Positions 1 to 64,000 of a stretch of 64,000 nt of DNA are shown piece by piece. The notes beneath the pieces were generated by a model. The model did not search any database and was not told the origin of the DNA. It worked only from the letters and a program-made list of their open reading frames with translations. Origin of the DNA: Podarcis melisellensis (lineage: Eukaryota); assembly GCA_964234715.1 (NCBI GenBank), contig OZ174276.1; one strand, 5' to 3'. The position numbers were made by a program, and so were the translations under genes. Position 1 is the first letter of the stretch. Every line of letters begins with the position of its first letter.

Positions 1-295
1 CAATAGCCCTCCCCAATTTAAAAGGCCATAGGTTTGTTTAATTAGCCATCGGCTAGGGAGAAGAGGAATGTTTTTGACTGGTACCTAAGGATATGTAATG
101 AAGGTGCCAGGCGAGCCTCCCTTGGGGAGAGCATTCCACAAACAGGGAACCACCATAGAAAAGGCCTGTTCTCATGCTACTGCCCTCTGGACTTCTTGCA
201 GAAGAGGCACACAAAGAAGAGCCTCTGTTGATGATGGCAGGATTCAGGTCAGTTCATATGGGGAGAAGCAGTTCTTGAGGTTTAGCAGTCCTGAG
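1..295 (-). mobile_element. L2-clade LINE 3' fragment
   Basis: Reverse complement resembles the L2 ORF2 end / 3' region (RAFS..P.LWNALP-type motif, from gagagcattccacaaa...gaaaaggcc). Confidence 0.6.
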
Positions 296-1074
296 CCTAT
301 AGTCTTAGGCTATAGTTACTTTGGGGCTAGAACTGGCAAGCTGTAGTTTGAGCTTAGCCCCCCAATAGGATTTCAGCACCAAACGAGGGTAGTTTGCAGT
401 ATTAGCTTGGAAGGCAAGTGCAAGCCAGTTTTCTGCTTCAGCTGTAATGACAAACTGAGGTTTGAACTAAAAAAGTAGTAACTAATTGAAATGGAGCAGT
501 CAAAGGGAGGAGGCAGTACACGAGCCCAAGACTTGCTCACAATCTGAACTCAGTGTTTCTGAGGGATAAATTCCAATTTCTGGTAACTGAAGTTGTGAAG
601 AAGTTGAGGACTACTTGAATCTAATCCATTCTAACTATTATTACTTTTAAAAAATTCATATTGTAACAGAAGAAATTGACTTGGGAAATGCTCACACCAC
701 ATTTCAAGACCATAGCAGTAGGATGTGGCCATTAGGGGGCGCTACCACACAAAGAGATGCTGGGAACAATCTCCTTGGCTGTTTTCCAAGGGTTATTAGC
801 CTCTGCCCCAATGAGCCTCCTTAAGGACTCCTTCCCATATTGGTACATTTGGATCTCAGTATAAGCCATTGTTACTAACCTACTATGAATGTGTTGATGG
901 CACCTACTTTGCTGTTCTCTGCTAGCATATTGAAGAAAGAAGCCATGCTCCCTGGCTTAATATTAGTTCATTCAAACTGGGAACCACGGTTTGTTTGAAC
1001 CAAAACTAGTAAGCCAATAACAAGCCTTTGCTACAGATTATTTGGACCAGGGTTTGTAATCCTTGTGTCTTTTG

Positions 1075-1345
1075 CTAGTAGGAAAGGAGACCCCGATGAG
1101 TACGATATCATATTAACATGTTCCATGTTTTCAAAAGGACCCAGATTGGCTAAAAGGAATCATAAGGGGTCCTTCTATGGATCAGAAATTGCTTAAGTAG
1201 CAGCAAGCAGAGAGCAGGAATAAATGGATAGTTCTCAGAAGGGAGAGATGTCAATAGTTAAGTCCCCCAATGATTTGTTTGGGACTTGTGCTTTTTAACT
1301 TGTTCCTAAAATATGTAGAGCTAGAGGTGAGCATTGCGGTGAAGG
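1075..1345 (+). mobile_element. CR1 LINE RT fragment
   Basis: Degenerate QRVGING.FS.WR.V.SGVPQG.VLG.VLFNLF-like coding. Confidence 0.6.
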
Positions 1346-3551
1346 GATGCAGGGTTATGATTGAACCTACCAGAAGGGAAGGTGCTGTGATTCTTCCCTG
1401 TACCGTCAATAGGTCTGAATAGATGGGGTGATTTTATTACAGAATGGAAAAGATAGTTGGCATGCTCAGAAACTGAAACGAAGAGCTTTCTTCTACCAAC
1501 CCCTATTTGTTATTTTTATGTCAACCATCATCTTTGTGCTCCCCACACCATGCTACCTCACAAAATTAATCTCTTCTTTAACGCTTAGGATAAGTAGGCA
1601 ATGATGGAAATGAGCCTGAGGGAAATGTATCTCTTTGTAAACCATAGGTTTGGAAAGAAGGAAAACTTCTTGCATACCTACAACAAAAACAGAGAGAACC
1701 TCGTGCAGTGGGAACTTTTTTGGCAGCTCAAGAGTGCAGGTGAAGGAAGGTGACGCTAACCCTTGACTTCCTAACCAACAATACTTCAGCCACCTCTGCG
1801 CTCCTGAAGTTCTAAATTTACTATTACACCAGCAGCTTGTTTTCACTGGATAGTAACTCTGACCATTAGGAGGAATGTAATGTAGTGCTTAGGAGCTATC
1901 TGCTTGCTTGATGGAACAATCTCCCCTCTCCACATGCTGTTATGGGGGTCCCCTGAACTCCACCAGCCAATTTGGGAGGGCTGGGGTGGGGAAGCCCCAT
2001 TGTGCTGGCTGAAGTCCTTGGATAGGTTTCTGCTAGGGAGACTGGTTAGTTGAATCTGGCCTACTGTCTTTATGTGATCAAATAATATCAGTGGTGTCCT
2101 TTTATGTAATGGTTACAGCATATGCAGCTTCAGGGGTAATTGCAGAAGGGGCTTTGGAATTGAATGTAATGTTGTTGGCTGGGTGGGTATCCTGCAATTC
2201 TCCCTGTGCCTGATTTTATTTGGTTGGAAGACGGCTTGATTATGACCACTTCTGGTGTTTAACATGCTTTAAGTTACTTATAAGGCATTGTGTGAAGGCA
2301 TAGATTGTATGCCTCTAGTACACTGATGAAATCCAGAGCTAAGCATTTGGTCTGGGGCTTATTAGGTTGACTTACAAAGATGCCAGCCTGCATGACATTA
2401 GCTTCTGCCCAGATGATTCCTGATTAGAACAAGCAATGGGCCACTGATTGCTGCACACAGATATCTTGTACATATACGAGTATGCAGAAGCTTTTAAAGT
2501 GCATTTAAAAAAGGACGACTACTCAAACATCTGCAGTGGTAGTTCCAAATAAGAAACTGTCCTTGGCAGACTGTTGCCTTTTATCAGGGCTGCTCTTCAA
2601 GGGTAAAATGAGACAAATTGCTTTCAAAAATGGATATTTGCCTAGGGACACTTTGAACAAAGCTATTTTTATTCTGAAGGTAGGCTAATATTCTAGTTGT
2701 TCTTTGCCCCCCTGGGTGGAGCTTTTAACCTCAATAGTTTTGAAATGGTAGCATGATGAAAAAATAAATAAATAAAATAAAATCAGATCTGCAGTCTCTG
2801 ATAAACTAGATATTTTCAGAAGCTGGATATATGGTATCCCCTTTAATCTTTCCATACCTCTGACTAGGAAAGATGGATAGCTACCCCTCTTCTTTTCTTT
2901 CTTTACAGATAGAAAGGTGGGGAATCTTTCCTTTCAGAAATATATGAAGTACTGTCCTTCATCTCAAGGGGCTGAAGATCTTTAACCTTGCAGTTCTTTC
3001 ATAGCACAAGCCCCTTCTTACCTCTTTTATGCACCCCAAATACTGAACATGTGGTGAAACATGGAGCAAGGCATTGTATGTTGAGGACATACTTTGTGTT
3101 TGAAGGCCAGTCCAGTATTGAGGAGTGCACATGTCTGGATCCCGTTTCTCCTGACTGCATAGTTCATTCTGCATTGTGTTTTTATTTTTAAATTAGTTTG
3201 GGGAAATCATACTATGTGTTTCAAACCATTTACTGTAGAATAGCTGTACTGGATACTGCTCTAGAGCAAAATGGAACGAGGCCAGTGTGTGACTCATCCA
3301 AGGACTGAAGTCGCATGACTATTGTGTGCACCAGAGGATCACATTTCTGGTGAACTGGTTGCCAAATTGGTCTGTTGGTGGCAAATAGTGCAGGTCAGCA
3401 GAGTTAAGTTTGCTGCCTGACACTTCGTGTTTTGTGCTTGCGACAAAAAGGTTTCAGTTCTGCGCTGTTCCATCTTCCTCATAAGTGCTCACCCATTCCC
3501 AGACCGAGCCTTATATGTGTATTGTATCAACAGGTGTATTGTAACAACAGG

Positions 3552-3926
3552 GACGTGGGTGGTGCTGTGGTCTAAACCACTGAGCCTCTTGGGCTTGCCG
3601 ATCAGAAGGTCGTGGTTCGAATCCCTGTGACAGGGTGAACTCCTGTTGCTTGGTCCTAGCTTCTGCCAACCTAGCAGTTCGAAAGCACGCCAAAAAGTGC
3701 AAGTAGATAAATAGGTACTGCTTTAGTGGGAAGGTAAACAGTGTTTCCGTGCGCTGCTCTGGTTTCGGTGTTCCATTGCGCCAGAAGTGGCTTCGTCATG
3801 CTGGCCACATGACCCGGAAAAACTGTCTGCGGACAAATGCCGACTCCCTCGGCCTGTAAAGCAAGATGAGCGCCGCAACCCCAGAGTCGTCTGTGACTGG
3901 ACTTAACTGTTAGGGCCCTTTACCTT
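3552..3926 (+). mobile_element. Sauria SINE (Squam1-like), full length
   Basis: tRNA-like head with A/B boxes (gtggttcgaatccc), (accttt)n tail, 10-bp TSD taacaacagg at 3542-3551 and 3927-3936. Confidence 0.88.
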
Positions 3927-4007
3927 TAACAACAGGCTGGTCCTGTGCAGGGTTAGGTATGCCCAAACACATCACATTGTTTTGCAATCTAACTCAAACA
4001 CCCAAGG

Positions 4008-4155
4008 TACATAGGAAGCTGCCTTACATTGAGTCAAGCCATTGGCCCATCTAACTTAGGGGACATTCCCAATCCTACCTGGAGATGCTGGGGAATGAAC
4101 CTAGGACCTTCTGCTTGCAGAGCAAATGCTCTACCACTGAGCAGATGGATTTCCC
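4008..4155 (-). mobile_element. tRNA-derived SINE fragment with CR1-like tail (Squam2-like)
   Basis: Reverse complement of gctctaccactgagc / gggaatgaacc gives A/B boxes; tail cataggaagctgcctt. Confidence 0.55.
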
Positions 4156-6701
4156 TCAGTACTTAGCAGATCAGTGCTGTACTCTGATGTTGAATTAATA
4201 ACACACAAACTCCCCCTTGGTAATAAAGACTGTTTGGAATCTCAGTCTGTTTTACTGATAGCTCTCTGTAGAGAAATGACCCTGCAGGTGGCAAAGCCAG
4301 GCTGTGTGAAGGATGTACATTTTGTAGTTTTCCCCATTGGGCTTGTGGAGAAAGTAAGAATCATCACTGGGGAAGGAAATGTGCTTTGTACAAGACACTG
4401 GGTTTAGGGCTCAAAACCAACCTGCTGTAGCAGGTTGTGTGAGGGGGGAGAATTCTAAACTTGAGTCTTGTGCAATTTGTAAGGTGTTAAATCTTACATT
4501 TCTTACTAGTAATCTTACCAATAAAACGTTAACTGTAGGCTAAGCTTGCATTTGAGATTGAAATTACACGTTACCTTTTAAAATAGCAATTCTGGTCTTC
4601 TTTTTCCTTGCAGATCGTCCCTTTCTAAATGAATGTTTATTACTGTAATAGGGATGTTGTTGCACTGAGTTTAATTACCTTCGCCTTTGTTGTCTTCCAA
4701 GAGGAACTTGTAGTTCCATGTGTATGATCACTGCTGCAGGAGAAACTTGTGCCGGGTCCTGTGATGGCTAACAGCTGCATTGCAACTCTGCCAGTGCTTA
4801 CATGGGAGTAAAAAATAGACAAAACAAACTTCCCCATTAATGTAGCTTCTCTTTCCTTCACTATACCGGTAATTTCCCTTGTTTTGGAGTGCAGAGAGAC
4901 TGCTTGAGGGGACAGTGGGATCTTGCCACATAGGGCTGGAACTAAGCCAAAGAATGATGGTCAAGCAGGTGTGATTAGTCATAAGACTGTTCTTGTTATC
5001 ACAGGCCAATGCTGAAAACAAGATGTATTAACCATATTGAATTACAGGAAGGGCAGAGAGGTCTGCCCCTTAACCTCTTCTGATGGACTCAAAACAGCTA
5101 CCCGTTTTTTTGTTTTTACTGTGTTTTTGTTTTTACTGTTCTGTTTTTGTTTTTAGAAATCTTCTCCCAGCATGACTCAGCTAAAACTGGGAGGAGTCAG
5201 GTGGGTGTAGGGCTTATACATTTCAGGAAGTCTGCCCCTTCTCCGTTATTCAAGCCCTGCCTGAACTGCCTTCAGACTCATTTTCCAGTAACTTCAAATG
5301 TACATTTGGATTGATCAGGTATGCATTGCCAAAAGAGGAAATGTATCACTGGAAACAGATGACACAGAACTGCATAAAATTTGCATACCGTATTTTAAAT
5401 GCATAGATGCAAATTTAGAAAATTGCTATAACCGAAACAGAAATGCACGCACGGTAGTGGGGAGCTTGTGTGACCAAGTGTGCCTGCGAGTCTTAGATCA
5501 TGTCATATTTGAATGGGACAGCCCTCTAAGTAGACTCTGGACTTCTATTGCCACCCCCAATAAAGTAGGACACACAGTCACCTCTCGTCCACTCCAGACG
5601 ACATTTCTCTCTCCCCCCCCCCCTTTTAAGCCCACGAGTAGACACGATACACCAGAACATCAGGGTCTGCACGAAGACCCGGGCGACCCTCTCGTGGCCG
5701 TGTATGGCAACAATACGGATTCTACAAGCACCCCACAGAAGTTGTGAAGTGTAATGGGGGTGGGAGTGGGGAGAAGGCGACGAGGCGAGAACAGGCAGCG
5801 CTTGCTGGGCAGGAAGAGCAGCCGCTTGAACGAGGGGACGGACGGAGGGGCTTCTGAATGAAAGCCAAGCCGGCCTCTCAAATAATGGCAGCGTCCAAAC
5901 GAGCCTTCTCTGTGTCCTTCCTCCCGGCTGCAACAAACCCGGCGCTGTTCTGGCTTCTGGGAGCGGCGGAGGGGAGCTGGCCCTCCAACCCCCACCCCGA
6001 TCCCCCAAGCCCGGCCTTTGTTGCTAATCTTTTAATCTGCTCCGGAAAGGGGGAAACCTAGGGAGGGTTGGAAGCAGCAGCTGCAAGCTACCCCCGCAAA
6101 TCTCCGGCTTCGGCCAACGGCCTCCTCCCCGCCCCCCGCCCCTGGAGCTTGCTGCGGCGGCTGCAGCGATGTCTCCGTCTCCTCCTCTCTCTCTCACACA
6201 CACACCCCAACTCAACCCCCCCAAGCTCACGTGACCAGCAACCCGGCCAGTTGAGCACCGGGAGGGAGAGAGCGAGCGAGCCCGCGGAGCCGACGCTGCA
6301 ACAACAATAAAGAGCGGCAAAAAAAAAAAGGGGGGAGGCCGGCGCGCGGACAGAACGTTCGGCGGGCAAAAAGTGGCGCGCGCGGCGGCATCGGCCGCCT
6401 GCAAGGCAAAGCAGCGCGTCGAGCTGCCTGCAGGAGACAGGGAGGGGGAAAAAACCTCAACTCCTCCTCCTTTTTCGTCCGCTCGTCTGTTCCTGGGCGG
6501 GTGGGCCGCCCCCTTTCGGGGCTCGACGGCTCCCTCCACACACGCCCCACCAACCAGAGGATGGCGGATCGACGACGGCTCTTGCTGCTGCTTCTTCTGC
6601 TGCTGTCGTAAGGGCAGCCCTGGGGAGCAGCAGCGGCTGCCCCAGGAGCAGCAGCAGCAGCGAGAAGGCGGGGAGGAAGCCAGCCGGGGCTTGGCGGGAA
6701 G

Positions 6702-61109
<54,408 letters not shown>

Positions 61110-63297
61110 CTCTAGGAGTTGGGGGGGCAAGGAGATTCCCACCCCCAAAGAAGAAGAAAAACACCACCACTGCCAGCCCTGTATGGGCAGGGCTCTGCTC
61201 CACCAGTGACTCGAGACGCTTGCTAGCCCTGCTGTTAGCTCCGCGAGTGGAGCTGGGACAGCCCAGCAGCACTGCCAACTTCATGGGTGTAGAGTTAATG
61301 TTCACCGACATATGCCAGCTCTGAGCCTAGACCGCGAAAGCCCCAGAAGTACTTCTGCACCCTTCAGGACACAGTATCATTCATGCAGACACTCGGACAC
61401 TGGCTAGCTCTAGGGGAGGGGCAGAGAAAGAGATAGAAAGTAAGACGGCCAAGTCCAATAGAACAGACACTGTTGGCCCCGAGACTTGGGCAGCGGAGTC
61501 TCTGCGATAGCATGTGCTTATCCACTGATTCCCAAACTGCCTGCAAAAATGAGCAAATAGGCTTTCCCACGAATAGAAATCCATAGGTGTTGGAGCCACA
61601 GGAGCCCAAAGGCCTTTCCCCGACCTAACAAATGCCTGAGATTTTTTCCCTTCCTTCCTTTAAAAAAAAAAAAATCTTCCAAAGATATGGCTTGCCCTTC
61701 TGGTGTTTTTGTTGAAACCCAATGATTTGAACTCCTAACCCAGAAGGGGAAACCTTCTTTGTCCTATTTTGCACCACTGTCTTGCATCTTTTCTCTAAAA
61801 ATGTACTGTAAAGGTTTGGTGGTTCAAACTTCAGTGATGGACAAATTCCCCTTGGCTCTATAATGGAACCGGCTCTGAATGTGTAAGCTTTTGGGAGAAA
61901 GCTTGCCTGCTTTGGCCCCCCAGATTCTCTCCAGTTCGTAACATTGGCACATGTGTGCTGACAGCGCAACACGTAGGTGCATTGTTATATTGCCCTTGCT
62001 GGGAATCGTAGAATGGTTTCACCTGCCCCAGTGCCAGCCATGGCAGAAATTCAAGCACACACACATCCCCTGAACAAACTCACCTGAGGCCAAGGGAGGG
62101 TTTTAGGTCAAGATACGAAGGGTGGGGGGGAGAGCCTTCCAACGTGCTTGCAAGAAACAGTCAGGATTATTGATTGATCCAGGTAGAGGTGACACTTGCC
62201 AAACGAAAGGCTGCTTGGTTGGGTGGGCTTGGTCACATAGATTACAGCAATCAACGAGAGCTTGTTTCATCATGAAGTAGCAGTTAACATTAAAGAACTT
62301 CTGTGCCTACTAAACAGCAGCTGACTTCTGGCACTTCTTCTGCTGATTGCTGGCCATGCACACTCAAGAGTCCTGTTTAACATACAAAGCTGGAGAGGAA
62401 CTTCTCAGGAGGAAACAACACTTGATTCATAATACAGCCAAGTATTGCAAGCTAGAAAGAATAGTTCACTGAGCCCAGGTAATAATGAATTTCAGCAACA
62501 TTTATTAATTCAAATCTACCACTTGGAAATCACCATACCATCTTAATATTTTGTTGTTTCCATCGCGTGTCCCAGCTTTTGCAGTGACATCTGCTAGCTG
62601 CCATGCTAAGGGAGTGCATCTCACGTAGGAATAGGTGATGGCTTGGGAACTCCATCCCCATATTCCTCTCCTGTTTTGCTTTTTATTTTGGAGGGTAGCT
62701 TTCTAAAACAAAAAACAAAAAAACCCTCCCCTTTTCAGTGCTGACAACATCCTCCTTGCCCTGCTCTGTAAGGGAGAAATTAGCCCACAGAAGGGTGAGT
62801 AAGGGGTTCTGCCTGGGCTTGAGCTTTGGCAATTCAGAGATTTGTTGAGAAAGGGGCAATGTGCACCACTAGGGAAGAGTTTGAGAACAGCCCTTGCTGG
62901 TGTGAGTGTGGCTCTGCCTGGGCCCCAAGCAAATTTTCTTACAAGTACAAGAAGTTTGATGGAGGCAACATCTCCCCATTAGTGGTCCTTGATGGAAATA
63001 TCCCAGGCATAAATGCTGCAGAGTTACGTTGCTCCTTTCTGCAAGGCTGTTTGGAGAAATCTGTCCTGAGTACTATTTGTTCGTTTCCTACGAATGTTCC
63101 TGGGATTCATTATATATAGATAGATATTACATATTTAAAAAAATACTGGCAAACTCTTGCCTGGTGCTGTGAGCTGCATCCAAGATAAATGCTCTGTGGC
63201 TCATATCACACAACCACTATGATACCCTTTTTATGTGTGATCAGTTTAGCATAGCTACTATTACCTGGTTCTCTACTTGGGTTTCTAATGTTGATTA

Positions 63298-63435
63298 GCA
63301 ACCCTTCCCCAACCTGGTGCTCTCCCGGTGTTCTGGCTCACAACTCACATTGGCCTCCTCTAATACAGGTTGGCTTGGCCTGTTGGGAGTTGTTGTCGGA
63401 AAAAACATGGAAGCCATCAGGTTGTGGAAGACAGA
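63298..63435. mobile_element. Diverged hairpin MITE (family of 8492-8629)
   Basis: ccttccccaacctggtg...catcaggttgtggaagac imperfect palindrome with caactc/gggagttg core. Confidence 0.5.
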
Positions 63436-64000
63436 TTTAGAAGTTTCACTCTGCCCATAAACCTATGTGAAAAGAATGAGGAAACACACCTTTTTTACTA
63501 CAGTACTCTCAGCAGTTTCATGTATCAAAGGATTATTGAGATCACTGAACACAGATTAGTTACTCTTTGAGTATGCATTCTTAAAAAGGCAAATTTATTT
63601 CTGTCTTTTTGGCCAGGAGGTTATAGCAGACATCTCCTCTTCTAGTGTATCAGCACAAGGGCTCAGGGCCTCCTTAAGCCTTCAGAACAGGGCAGTTTCC
63701 TGAACATACTTGCAGCCTCCTACTTACTTTCAGGGGATGTTCCTCTTATTTGCAGCCTTCCCCTATTTCAACTTCAGCTTTTACCAGGCTCATGCAATTC
63801 TGTTTTGAGACCAAAACACAGGAGTTGGGGGCTATTTGAAGAAAGAACTGAAGGTCCCGTCCCACAGGGATTGGAGGGAGAGAATTCCAGCTTTGCCTCT
63901 TAAAGGGGTACCAAAGGGTTTTGTAAAAGTTGCTGCCGCAGGAGAACTAGGGCCAGGGTTTTGTATAGCGTTTTGTATGGGGAGGAAATTGCTCTGCCCC

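Noticed and set aside
3552-3630. tRNA-like A/B boxes (also at 32870 and 42490)
   Set aside because: SINE heads, not tRNA genes; each continues into a SINE body and tail

Overview
Eukaryotic genomic DNA from a squamate reptile, probably a lacertid lizard, inferred from Sauria/Squam1-, Squam2- and Squam3-like SINEs plus CR1, L2 and L1 LINE relics and many MITEs. The window holds one complete protein-coding gene on the + strand: PKN1 (Rho-activated serine/threonine kinase N1). I traced 22 coding exons by hand (6702-61109). All introns are GT-AG and phases are consistent, giving 2859 nt / 952 aa: three HR1 repeats, a C2-like domain, a linker, an AGC kinase domain and a C-tail with an F-x-x-F-D-Y motif. 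Exon 1 lies in a CpG island and is followed by a 32.4-kb intron. Almost all ORF-track entries are spurious. The most interesting signals concern N-terminal and isoform control of PKN1: (i) a strong-Kozak, in-frame uORF encoding a signal-peptide-like 16-mer, separated from the main ORF by one TAA; (ii) a likely alternative first exon with an ETS-rich promoter; (iii) two further candidate phase-0 first exons in intron 1, one encoding a basic, presequence-like peptide; (iv) inverted MITE copies that could give promoter-dependent back-splicing; (v) a hAT-like MITE carrying a cluster of HSE/STAT-like motifs. These are sequence-based hypotheses. No clearly novel multi-gene system is evident. There is a 146-N assembly gap at 40552-40697.
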